52,693 nucleotides of DNA, from IMG/VR virus record IMGVR_UViG_3300045988_154063, positions 1 to 52,693 of that record. The stretch is one strand, 5' to 3'. Under the pieces are notes generated by a model that worked only from the letters and a program-made list of their open reading frames with translations, was not told where the DNA came from and ran no database searches. This DNA is from a virus. Below are positions 1 to 9,089 of this stretch, in pieces (the first letter of the stretch is position 1; each line of letters starts with the position of its first letter). Both the position numbers and the translations under genes were made by a program.

Positions 1-133
1 CCATAATCTGAATGTCTACTGTCTTTAAACAATATTTGGCTTTTGTAAAAGTCAAATTGCATTGAGTTGTTTTCTTCGCCCCTTAAACCACCTGAAGCGG
101 GCGCGAGAACTCCAAACCCTGCATTGTTTCCAA
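1..133. repeat. Terminal direct repeat identical to 52561..52693, an assembly overlap of a circular or permuted genome
   Basis: The first 133 nt of the window are repeated exactly at its end, so the unique genome length is about 52,560 bp. Confidence 0.9.
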
Positions 134-301
134 ATTTGGTATCACCTTTAAAGGTATTATTACCTGTAAACGTATTATTTCCAGCAGCAGTTACATCGCC
201 ACAGCTATTTATTTTTTTTATGACTTCTTCAAATGTCGAACCTAAACCTACTGCCATTTTAATACTCCTTTTTTATTTTGTCAAGATTTTTATGACAAAA
301 A

Positions 302-1651
302 TTAACTTAAAGTAATTTTTCTTATAGTGCAAGCGATTTTAGCAGTGCCAACGCAAATGTACATATACGTTGCGTCAAAAATCTTTTGCACAACAATTTC
401 TTGATTGTTTGCGTTATATACATCAATTATGCCGTCCGTCTTTGCAAGTCTTATTGCTTGATAAACTGTACCGTTTATTGTTTGCGTAGTCCAAGCACTG
501 TCCAATGTTGTAACGGAAGTGTAACTAACACCTAATTTCGGTAAAGTAATTGCGGCGACACCAGAAGCATTTAAAACGGAAGTTCCATTAACTGTTACAT
601 CTTTTACTTTACCGATTTGGTCGGCGGTTACGCCAAGTAAGCTGTCGTCGATATTGCCGAGTTTGGTTTTTTCAGCGTCAGTGTAATCGTTAGACGATAA
701 ACCTTTACCTTCTTCTGTTGATACTTTTTTGTCAAGAGCGTCTTTTATAACTTTATTTTGAACAGGGTTAGTCGAAGTTAAAGAAAGTGTGGCGTCAACA
801 GTTGTTTTGTTTGCACCTTCGGCAATGCCATTGAGTTTTGTTTTATCAGCCGCAGACATTAAGCCGTCAGCCGTAGTGGTTGCAGTCGAATAAATTCTAC
901 CAAATATTTTAAAATGTGTTTCTTCGGTAACGGCGTGTCCGCTTGACGGAGTTGCGTTTATGTAGAGATAAAGAACACTATTAGCAAGTACAATATCACC
1001 AGCATGATACGTTGCTCCGCTCGTCCATTCTCTTTTGTAGGTTTCTACATTGCCTTTTTGTCCGTTGACAAGTCTTACGGCGTCCGTGTTGTCGATTTTA
1101 TCCCAAGTTGCGCCGTTGTAAACAGCCCAATCCCCTACTTCGTATTCGCCGTCAGTTGCGGTTGTTCCGTCAGGGTTTTTAGTACCTGCGACTTTACAAA
1201 TAAAGTAATCACCCTTTGTCGGAGTTGTATAGCCTGTAATTGTAGACGGCTTACCTGTCGTAGCGTTAAAAGTATCGATATAAGTAACTTGCCCTAAAAC
1301 AGTATCGGGTAAATATAACACTCTGACCTTGTTATTGCTGTCAAGAAGAGTGTTTTTGCCGTCAGGCGAGGCAGCAAGACGCGAAGTATCTGTAGGGTGT
1401 CTGTGGTCGCCTCTTGCAACATTGTCTGCCGAACCTGCACTTGCCGCACCGTCCATTAAAGGGGCAGCAGTTGAATAGTTTTTGTTAAACGCAGTACCTT
1501 TTGTCGCTATTTTAGGTTCTTTGTCGTTTATTTGCGTTTGCAAGTCATCTTCATTGTCGAACAATGTTGTAAAGTTGTTGTCAATGTTTTTGACTTGTTC
1601 GCCAATAGTTTGCCCAAGTTCTACCGCAAGTTTTTCATCTTTTAATGCCAT
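302..1651 (-). CDS. Tail fibre protein with phage tail-fibre repeats
   Basis: 449 aa. It contains two copies of the phage tail-fibre repeat motif (GLMSAADKTKLNGI and GLSSNDYTDAEKTKLGNI) and sits at the distal end of the tail module. Confidence 0.6.
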   Translation of the reverse strand: MALKDEKLAVELGQTIGEQVKNIDNNFTTLFDNEDDLQTQINDKEPKIATKGTAFNKNYSTAAPLMDGAASAGSADNVARGDHRHPTDTSRLAASPDGKNTLLDSNNKVRVLYLPDTVLGQVTYIDTFNATTGKPSTITGYTTPTKGDYFICKVAGTKNPDGTTATDGEYEVGDWAVYNGATWDKIDNTDAVRLVNGQKGNVETYKREWTSGATYHAGDIVLANSVLYLYINATPSSGHAVTEETHFKIFGRIYSTATTTADGLMSAADKTKLNGIAEGANKTTVDATLSLTSTNPVQNKVIKDALDKKVSTEEGKGLSSNDYTDAEKTKLGNIDDSLLGVTADQIGKVKDVTVNGTSVLNASGVAAITLPKLGVSYTSVTTLDSAWTTQTINGTVYQAIRLAKTDGIIDVYNANNQEIVVQKIFDATYMYICVGTAKIACTIRKITLS

Positions 1652-1657
1652 AATGTT

Positions 1658-2569
1658 TTATTCTCCTCTTAAATATATAATACCCGAATACTCGGTTAGT
1701 TTCGATAAATCAATAGTTACATAGATTTTAATTGTGTCGGTTGATAATGTTTTTTCTTGCATAATAACCGAGGTTTGAAAAGAAGTTGTTTCGTTTTGGT
1801 CGGCTGTTTGGTTTAAAAGAATTTTGTCAACAAACGGCTTTGTTAAACCATGTTCGTTTTTCTTAATAGACATAACATATAATTGTTCCGTGCCTAACTG
1901 CGAAAAATCATCTATTGAAAAGACTTTTGCAAACGATTTACTTTTAATTGCCGCTATTTCGTTTGTATTGCCTTCGATTGCCTTTTTAATAGAGTTAGCA
2001 AGTGTTAGTTTCTTTTTTTGGCTTTCGTCTACACTTTCGTAAGCAATGGTGTCGGTGTCAGTTAAAATGTTAGGTTTACCGTTTTCGTTTTGCACCACCG
2101 AACCGTTAATCAAAACTTCATTATCAGCTGAAACACCTTTTAACTCTAACCAATTGTTGCCGTCCGTTGAATACTGAAAAACATTGTTTTCGTTAAGCCT
2201 TATGTAATTTATTTTTGTATCAACGGTTTGAACAAACGTAACCTCTTCTTTTTCGGACGTTGCGCCCTCAGAAATTTCAAGTTTAATAAAGTTTGTTGTC
2301 TTTCTTGTCATGCCGTTTTTACCGCTTATGCCGACATAAACAGGCAAATTTACTTGCAAGATTGTTTTTGGAACGATAAAGACATTTCCCACAAAGTCAA
2401 TCTCATACCTTTTACCTTTTGTGGTTTGATATAAAATTGCAGTTTGCGTAAACCCGCTCCAATCTTCGGCAAAATCTACATGTATTTCATAAGCGTTGAT
2501 TGCGTTCGTTGTTAAACGTTCAGCGTCTATGATTTGTAGATTGCCGTTTATTACATAAAGCCGTGTCAT
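1658..2569 (-). CDS. Tail fibre or baseplate-associated protein
   Basis: 303 aa. It is co-oriented and tightly packed within the tail-fibre gene block, and I recognise no family motif. Confidence 0.3.
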   Translation of the reverse strand: MTRLYVINGNLQIIDAERLTTNAINAYEIHVDFAEDWSGFTQTAILYQTTKGKRYEIDFVGNVFIVPKTILQVNLPVYVGISGKNGMTRKTTNFIKLEISEGATSEKEEVTFVQTVDTKINYIRLNENNVFQYSTDGNNWLELKGVSADNEVLINGSVVQNENGKPNILTDTDTIAYESVDESQKKKLTLANSIKKAIEGNTNEIAAIKSKSFAKVFSIDDFSQLGTEQLYVMSIKKNEHGLTKPFVDKILLNQTADQNETTSFQTSVIMQEKTLSTDTIKIYVTIDLSKLTEYSGIIYLRGE

Positions 2570-2604
2570 TGTTTAGCTCCTTGTGCTTTAAAGGTAATTG
2601 GTTT

Positions 2605-2937
2605 TTATTTTTTGTTAACTTTACTTTTTATTGTTTCAAAGTATGCCTTTTCTTGTTCATCGCTTATAAGTTTCTCGCCGACATATTTCATATCTTTTAT
2701 GTAATACTTATTAGAAAGTCTGCACGAAGTAAGGATACCGTTTGCAAAGAGGTTGTAGTGTTTATCGGTAATAACGTTATAGAACTTGACCTCTTTTTCG
2801 ACAACTTCTTGCGAAACGATTGTTGGGAAAGTTTCATCTTGTGCGAACGTTATAGTTCCATTTGGCGTATCATTCGATATCACCGAAACGGGATTGCAAA
2901 TATAACGTACATACGAGGTCAAACAGCGACAATACAT
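2605..2937 (-). CDS. Hypothetical protein
   Basis: 110 aa ORF co-oriented with the flanking late genes. A plus-strand ORF at 2563..2943 competes for the same span but runs against the operon direction. Confidence 0.25.
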   Translation of the reverse strand: MYCRCLTSYVRYICNPVSVISNDTPNGTITFAQDETFPTIVSQEVVEKEVKFYNVITDKHYNLFANGILTSCRLSNKYYIKDMKYVGEKLISDEQEKAYFETIKSKVNKK

Positions 2938-2958
2938 ATGTAATAATTAAACGTGCTT

Positions 2959-4128
2959 TCATACCGTGTAATAATAGGTATTACCTGCGGTAGGTGTGCC
3001 ATCAAATGCGCCGCCTGTGTCTGTGAACATATTCCTAACAGCATAGGATGGTACGGTCGACGGACACTTAAATATTTTGTTACCCGACGTAGTGTTAACT
3101 TTTAGTTTCAAACATTTGTAAAACATATTGCTATAGCATCCATCCGTTAACGTAGTAGCAGGGAGTTCGGGCGCGGATGTGAGATTAGAGCAACCGTAGA
3201 ACATAGAGTCGTAGCAATACGGTGCTAATGTAGTAGCAGGGAGTTCGGGCGCGGATGTGAGATTAGAGCAACCAGAGAACATACCGTCGTAACAATGTTC
3301 TGTTAACATAGTGGCTGGGAGTTCGGGCGCGGATGTGAGATTTTTGCAATCGGAGAACATATACGCATAGCAATCCTTTGTGCTTATGCTCGTAGGTGGG
3401 TTTTCCCAATCAAGCAAAGTTTGAATATTACCTGTACAATCCGCTTTTTCGCTTAATTTCCAACTAACAAATGCCTTAAACGTCGTATTCCCCTTTCCTC
3501 TTAAATATAACTTTTTATCAACGCTTTGCATTGCCTCTGTGCCTGCTAACGTTGTCCATGTGTTATGGTCAGTGCTCCATTCCAATGTACCGTCCCATGT
3601 TTTTGACGACGCTTTAAGCGTAAATTCACTGGTTTTTCCTGTGAAAGTTAAGCAATCGGTATATACTTGTGTTCCTTTAACAACTTCCACCCCAGCACTC
3701 TTCTCGCTATCTCTATATCCTGTGCCCTTAGCAACTATTGTAATTGTATGAGTACCGTCAGATAAATTTGCCCAACCGCTAAGCGTTGAAAGGTCGATTT
3801 GCTGCTTTGTTGTAGGAGTGGCTTGTTTTGTTCCATTAGCTTGCAACCAAGTGAGTAAATCTTCTGGTATTGTTCCTGTAAATTCTATTGTTTTGTAGTT
3901 TTCGTTTGTCCATCCCCCATTTAATGGGTTGTATGCGTGTGTGTTTGGTCCTGTTGTTGTTGTATATGTTAATATAGCGTCTTTTTCGTGGTCGGGGTCG
4001 TCTGCCCATTCTACAATGAATATTGTATATTCTTTATTATTTGTTTTGAAATTTGCATGGTAATTTGTTACTTTCCCTGTTGCTGGTGCTAGTTTTGGAG
4101 TGTCGTTTATTAACCAAGTTTCTGACAT
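2959..4128 (-). CDS. Tail protein with BspA-type leucine-rich repeats, a receptor-binding candidate
   Basis: 389 aa. It has three tandem repeats of about 26 aa (CYxxMFxGCSNLTSAPELPATTL), and the DNA beneath them is itself tandemly repeated at 3152..3360. Confidence 0.45.
   Translation of the reverse strand: MSETWLINDTPKLAPATGKVTNYHANFKTNNKEYTIFIVEWADDPDHEKDAILTYTTTTGPNTHAYNPLNGGWTNENYKTIEFTGTIPEDLLTWLQANGTKQATPTTKQQIDLSTLSGWANLSDGTHTITIVAKGTGYRDSEKSAGVEVVKGTQVYTDCLTFTGKTSEFTLKASSKTWDGTLEWSTDHNTWTTLAGTEAMQSVDKKLYLRGKGNTTFKAFVSWKLSEKADCTGNIQTLLDWENPPTSISTKDCYAYMFSDCKNLTSAPELPATMLTEHCYDGMFSGCSNLTSAPELPATTLAPYCYDSMFYGCSNLTSAPELPATTLTDGCYSNMFYKCLKLKVNTTSGNKIFKCPSTVPSYAVRNMFTDTGGAFDGTPTAGNTYYYTV
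3152..3360. repeat. Tandem DNA repeat of about 78-81 bp in roughly three copies inside the LRR tail gene
   Basis: Near-identical units starting at about 3152, 3230 and 3311, each beginning gtagtagcagggagttcgggcgcggatgtgagatt. Confidence 0.8.
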
Positions 4129-4208
4129 AATTAAAATCTCCTTATTGATAGTCTATCTGCCCACTAACAGGGACGATGTTATGTGGTCTTTTAAAAATTG
4201 AATGTTCG

Positions 4209-4802
4209 TCATTGTTTTTGCACCTCACCTATTGATAAACCGTCCGCAAACACTTCGATTGTAGTCGCATTATCATCAATTGTGTCGATTTGAATAGTTG
4301 TGCCGCTTACAAGACTTATTGTCGGAGTTGAAAGTTCGGGAAGTACAACAGTATAAGAAATTGAATTACTTGCAGCACTATCGTTAAAATTTGTTCCACT
4401 TGCTCTAACTGTAATGGCGTAAGTGCCAAGTTCAGTGATTAAACTTGACAAGTCAATACTTGTATTTGCTGTACTTGTTAACAAAGTAGAGCCTTTGTAA
4501 ACTTTAAAATTTGTAGCAAAATTCCCATTTGTTTCGGGGTTTGTTATTGTTAGAGTTGAATTATTTAATGATATAGTCGGAGCATTTAAAGTAGGTAGTT
4601 CTACGGTGCTTGAAACATTTACGGTTACACTGCCTAACCCGACATAACCATCGTCCGCTGTTGTAGTTCCGTTTAAAGTTATTTCTTTGTTTTGTAATTT
4701 AGGGTATACATATATATAATCATCACAATATTTTTCACTTGTATCAAGCACTACACCCTCTTTTTTTGTTAATTCAATATTTTTCATACCATACTCCCCC
4801 AC
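4209..4802 (-). CDS. Tail fibre-associated protein with Ig-like repeats
   Basis: 197 aa. It is T/S-rich with a PTISL motif, and its C-terminal TTIQIDTIDDNATTIEVFADGLSIGEV module is shared with the 910 aa tail protein. Confidence 0.35.
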   Translation of the reverse strand: MGEYGMKNIELTKKEGVVLDTSEKYCDDYIYVYPKLQNKEITLNGTTTADDGYVGLGSVTVNVSSTVELPTLNAPTISLNNSTLTITNPETNGNFATNFKVYKGSTLLTSTANTSIDLSSLITELGTYAITVRASGTNFNDSAASNSISYTVVLPELSTPTISLVSGTTIQIDTIDDNATTIEVFADGLSIGEVQKQ

Positions 4803-5737
4803 TCAATAGTTGCACAGTTTTGTTTTAACCATTCAAAAGCATTTGAAGAAATACTTAATGATATATGCGACGGAACATTGAAAATCTTTGCTTCTGGGTG
4901 TATCCATGTGTTTGGTGCATATGTTTGTCCATTGCTATCTGTGTAGTTAATCCACGTATAAACATCATTTGATAAAGATACCGTATATCCATGAAACGAA
5001 AGTATCCCAGAAAGAGCATAAGCAACGTCAATACTGTCTATGTGTGCTAAACCGCCATTCGGCAGTATCGCCGAAAAATATACTGCATTAGTACCTGTAT
5101 TTATACCAACAGGTATTATTAAAAACCCTTGTGTTGGCTGTGTTAATACATTTTTTAAAGTAAAAACAGTTCCAGCAGGAATAACAACATTATAACTTCC
5201 GTCATATGTTTTAATTGCCCCTGTGATTTTTACGCCTTTTGCATATGCTGTTTTATTTTGCAAAATATCTCGTGAGGTCGCCGTTGCGTCAGATGTGTCA
5301 ATACCAGCAGAAACATTTGTTGTAACTGTAAAATCTGAAAACACTTTTCCAGACGGTGGAGAAAATGTTTGAGAGCCATTAGTAGTAATAGTTGCACTAC
5401 CTGCAACTTCTTCTTTTCCCGTCGTTGAAAGTTCACCAACGACACCACCTATACTAACACCTTGTTTTATGTTTGCGGGAATAAGCGTTGCGGGTTTTTT
5501 AACAATGGCTTTTTCCATTGTCATATTAGCGTCAGGCAGAATTATTTGGTCGCCCTCAACCATTAAAAGCGAAACTTCTTTCGTTTGCTTTGTCAAAGTC
5601 TTTTCAACGGTAACGACATTACTGCTTGCGCTATCTTCAACGCCGTTTACTATTGTTTTAACTGTAACGGCTTGCGTGCCTTCGCTTAAACCGCTCCAAC
5701 CGCTTAATTGAGAAACATCTATTGTTTGCTTGCTCAT
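4784..5737 (-). CDS. Tail or baseplate protein
   Basis: 317 aa, with a 4 nt start/stop overlap to its neighbour that suggests translational coupling inside the tail operon. Confidence 0.35.
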   Translation of the reverse strand: MSKQTIDVSQLSGWSGLSEGTQAVTVKTIVNGVEDSASSNVVTVEKTLTKQTKEVSLLMVEGDQIILPDANMTMEKAIVKKPATLIPANIKQGVSIGGVVGELSTTGKEEVAGSATITTNGSQTFSPPSGKVFSDFTVTTNVSAGIDTSDATATSRDILQNKTAYAKGVKITGAIKTYDGSYNVVIPAGTVFTLKNVLTQPTQGFLIIPVGINTGTNAVYFSAILPNGGLAHIDSIDVAYALSGILSFHGYTVSLSNDVYTWINYTDSNGQTYAPNTWIHPEAKIFNVPSHISLSISSNAFEWLKQNCATIEWGSMV

Positions 5738-8469
5738 TAAATATCCACCTCGCCAATTTTTACTCCGTTTGCATAAATAGCAAGTTTTTGTGCGTTTGTA
5801 TCTATATCTTGAACTTCAATCTCGGTAGACGCTTTTGCCGTAACTAATGGTGCGCCCTCTTCGGGAACTGTCGGTAACTTAGCAACTGTGCCAATCACGT
5901 CTGAATTTGCGCTTACAGAGATTGTTTCCGTTCTTTCGTCTATTTCGTCAAGCTGTATCGTTGTGCCGCCATAATGACTAATTACGGGCGTGATTTGAAC
6001 TTGTACGGCAGTAATCGTTATTAAAACATTGCCTGTTGCATTACTTAAAATAACGTAACCCTCATCACTGTTCCAAGTGTAAGTTGAGTTTGTTACTGTT
6101 ATTGCGGTAGGAAACGTATAGCCCTCATCAGCAATAAAATATATTCTCATACTTACATTTTGAAAAATTTCTACTGTTGAAGTAAACGATTTTGCAACAT
6201 AAACATTTGATAAATTATAAACAATATCATAACCACGTTCCATTGAAACGCTATTAGATAAATCACTACTTGTTAAGCCTTGCGCCGTTAGTTTTATTGT
6301 AATCAAATGACTACCAACTGTCAAGCCTTTCCACCCATTTAATTGATTAACTAAAAACAAATATTTTTCATTTGTTATTTTTTCTAAATTAAAATTAGAC
6401 AATGAACCTATTTCGTTTCCATCGGCATATACAATTACTTTTTCAGTGTCAAAATCATAATTTGTTATTTCAACACCAAATTGTGAATTGATTGTTGATT
6501 TTGTAATAGTCGGTGTGCCAAGTTTTGTTTTTGAAATATCACGGACACTTTCACGCAAAATCATTCTTTGTCTAAAACCGCCGTTTAAATAGGTAATTGC
6601 ATTTTTAACAACGTTAAAGTAGACGATTGCGCTATTACGAGTATAAACAGGTTCGCCTTTTCGGTTTTTGCAAGGTACAACCATGTCGCCTACACTAAAA
6701 AACTTTTTAAGATTTTCAGCAGTAGAATTATATAAAATAGGTTGTCCTATTTTAGTCAAATACGAATAGTCCCACGCAATACATTCAATATCGCCACCAT
6801 TTAAACCGTTTTGGAAAACTTTAAGCGTGGTTTCGGCAATCTTTAACGGGCGTGAGTTAGCTTGCTTAACGGAATATTGCATAAGTTCTTCACCGCCACT
6901 TATAGAGGCAGTATTGTCTTTTACGTTAGCATTTTTTAATTTTGTTGCCGTGTCATTCTTAAATACAACCTCGGTATAATCGCCGTTGTAAGTGATAGAA
7001 AGTTTTTGGAACTCGTATGTTATGGTGTATTTGTATGCTATTTGAGGTTCAATGCTTGTTACTGTTCCTTGCGTATTGTATTGAACAAACTCGGAACATA
7101 AAGCATAAAGTGTTCTACCTAAATAAACAACAGGTTTATTTGTATAATAATCATTACTTTCAGTTATTTTATTGTATTTTGCTTCATCAAAACCTGCTGA
7201 AACAGTAGCTGAAACAATAGGATACATTGTTGAAGTATCTTGCCCGAAAGTAAAAGTTTCTTCTTTGCCTAATGTTTCTTTTGTTATATATTCTTCCGAA
7301 ACAAGTTCTTCAGTCGCACCTTCAATTGGTGAAAATTGATTAAAATCGGGTTTTATTTCATAATCACCCGAACTATTTTTTTGATAAGCAACAGTCCCCT
7401 CAATACGCTTAACCGTTTTTTTAACAGTAACTTGATATGCGGGGTTTTTATTATCAACAATTGAAAAAGAAACAATATGTTTTAAATTTTGATTTAAATA
7501 TTTATATAAATAATCAGTAAAAGCAGATACTGTTGGCTTATTTATTGTACGACTGCTATCCCATTTTAAACAAACTCCTGTGCAAACTTGTGAGCCGCCT
7601 GTTTCGGCATAATGAGCGGTTTCATTTTGTATTGCTCCGTTAAGTTCATTATTGCCTATGTTATCAAATTCATGAGTTTCAATTACTTTATCTTTGTTAT
7701 AATCAACGCTTACTTTATCACAATCGACATCGCAACTGTCATATTTATTAGGAACAATAATAGTAGGCTGAAACTGACTTGTAATTTGACTGCTTAAAAT
7801 TCCAATAGCGTTGTCGTTGCTTGTGTTTTTAGCACCGTCCATTCTTACGAACCGATAAACGGTGTTTACGTCCGTTACAAGGGCTGATTGAGCAACTGTG
7901 AGTAATTGCTTAAAAACTTGTCTAAAAGTACGATTTGCGGGGACGTACGGGTATTCTATTGATATTGTTTTTAAGTAATCGGCGTATGTTTGAGTTGCCG
8001 ACCAATCCGACTGCGTAAATACTGCGCTTGTTTCAGTGATTGTACTGTCAAACGCTTTTAACACGGCAAGTGCCACGTCAAACAAAGTTTTAGGTTCTAA
8101 CGGATAATCATAGCCTGCATAAATCTTTGTGTTTGCTTTGGTGAGTTCGTCGCCTAAAACCATTGACAAGGTTTTGTCTGAAAAAGAATAAACAGGTAAT
8201 TCGGTAATGTACAATCTTGCTACTTTTGAATTGTTAGTAAACACTTCAATTTTGTAATTATAATTATCAAATTCACCGTTTAATGCCATATTGTAAAGAC
8301 TTAAATCTTTGTCTTTGACAACCAAAGTTCCGTAAGCAGGGTAAATATCATAAACGGGGCGTGAATAGTCGCTTGTAGATTGTTGCTCGAACTCTAACGA
8401 AACAATGCTTTCACTGCCAAACTCTATTGTTTTATTTGTCATATAAAGTTTAACGGAAGTTTTAGCCAT
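5737..8469 (-). CDS. Tail-associated protein (Tal-like, tail tip or fibre)
   Basis: 910 aa. It lies two genes downstream of the tape measure protein, and its C-terminus carries two copies of the about 40 aa xIxIDxID...YA(D/N)GxxIGEV module. Confidence 0.5.
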   Translation of the reverse strand: MAKTSVKLYMTNKTIEFGSESIVSLEFEQQSTSDYSRPVYDIYPAYGTLVVKDKDLSLYNMALNGEFDNYNYKIEVFTNNSKVARLYITELPVYSFSDKTLSMVLGDELTKANTKIYAGYDYPLEPKTLFDVALAVLKAFDSTITETSAVFTQSDWSATQTYADYLKTISIEYPYVPANRTFRQVFKQLLTVAQSALVTDVNTVYRFVRMDGAKNTSNDNAIGILSSQITSQFQPTIIVPNKYDSCDVDCDKVSVDYNKDKVIETHEFDNIGNNELNGAIQNETAHYAETGGSQVCTGVCLKWDSSRTINKPTVSAFTDYLYKYLNQNLKHIVSFSIVDNKNPAYQVTVKKTVKRIEGTVAYQKNSSGDYEIKPDFNQFSPIEGATEELVSEEYITKETLGKEETFTFGQDTSTMYPIVSATVSAGFDEAKYNKITESNDYYTNKPVVYLGRTLYALCSEFVQYNTQGTVTSIEPQIAYKYTITYEFQKLSITYNGDYTEVVFKNDTATKLKNANVKDNTASISGGEELMQYSVKQANSRPLKIAETTLKVFQNGLNGGDIECIAWDYSYLTKIGQPILYNSTAENLKKFFSVGDMVVPCKNRKGEPVYTRNSAIVYFNVVKNAITYLNGGFRQRMILRESVRDISKTKLGTPTITKSTINSQFGVEITNYDFDTEKVIVYADGNEIGSLSNFNLEKITNEKYLFLVNQLNGWKGLTVGSHLITIKLTAQGLTSSDLSNSVSMERGYDIVYNLSNVYVAKSFTSTVEIFQNVSMRIYFIADEGYTFPTAITVTNSTYTWNSDEGYVILSNATGNVLITITAVQVQITPVISHYGGTTIQLDEIDERTETISVSANSDVIGTVAKLPTVPEEGAPLVTAKASTEIEVQDIDTNAQKLAIYANGVKIGEVDI

Positions 8470-8483
8470 TTATTGCACGCTCC

Positions 8484-9089
8484 TTAACTTTTCTTTGTTA
8501 ATGTAATATCTTCAAAAACAGTAATTCTTTGTCCACTTTTACAAGTGATTATTTTTCCGTTGCTAAGAGGCATGGTAAATGCACCGCTTTCATTGATTAC
8601 AATGCTTCTACCCCATAAAATACCATTATAAGTTGCTAAAATATTTCCACCCTTGTCTTTTACTGTAACAGTATGAGAAGTACGGTCGTTAAGCGTTGCG
8701 ACAAAAGTAAGTTCTAAATCTCTTACGCCCTCAATTCTTGTACCTACATTAAAAAAGTTTTTAAGTTCGGTAGGGTGTGCGTAACATTCGTGTTTAACAA
8801 CCTTTCCGAAGTCGTTGTCGTAATACTCCAAGTCCATTACTTGCTTTCTATGCAATACTTCCGAAACATATAAAAAGTCCTCGGCTTTTATAAAATTAAA
8901 GCCGATTTTAACAGACGGTTGCGTGTAGTATTCGGTGTCGGCAATGTTTGTTGCCGCACCGTCATCTACTCTCGTTACGCTATTATTAGAGGGATAAGTC
9001 ATTTGGTTTACAGTTTCAAGCATACCATAACCAATATCTATTGGACGTCCTTCAAGTTTAAACCAAGTGTCGTCAAATATTTTAGCCAT
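8484..9089 (-). CDS. Distal tail protein (Dit-like)
   Basis: 201 aa ORF immediately downstream of the tape measure gene, the position Dit usually occupies. Confidence 0.4.
   Translation of the reverse strand: MAKIFDDTWFKLEGRPIDIGYGMLETVNQMTYPSNNSVTRVDDGAATNIADTEYYTQPSVKIGFNFIKAEDFLYVSEVLHRKQVMDLEYYDNDFGKVVKHECYAHPTELKNFFNVGTRIEGVRDLELTFVATLNDRTSHTVTVKDKGGNILATYNGILWGRSIVINESGAFTMPLSNGKIITCKSGQRITVFEDITLTKKS

Noticed and set aside
67-315. An 82 aa plus-strand ORF lies in the terminal repeat and tail-fibre start region.
   Set aside because: It is antisense to the start of the 51506..52636 gene across the circular junction, has a Pro-rich junk composition and no ribosome-binding site.
2563-2943. 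A plus-strand 126 aa ORF competes with the minus-strand 2605..2937 ORF.
   Set aside because: Its Phe/Leu-rich composition is typical of an antisense AT-rich frame, and every flanking gene is on the minus strand. Neither ORF is strongly supported.
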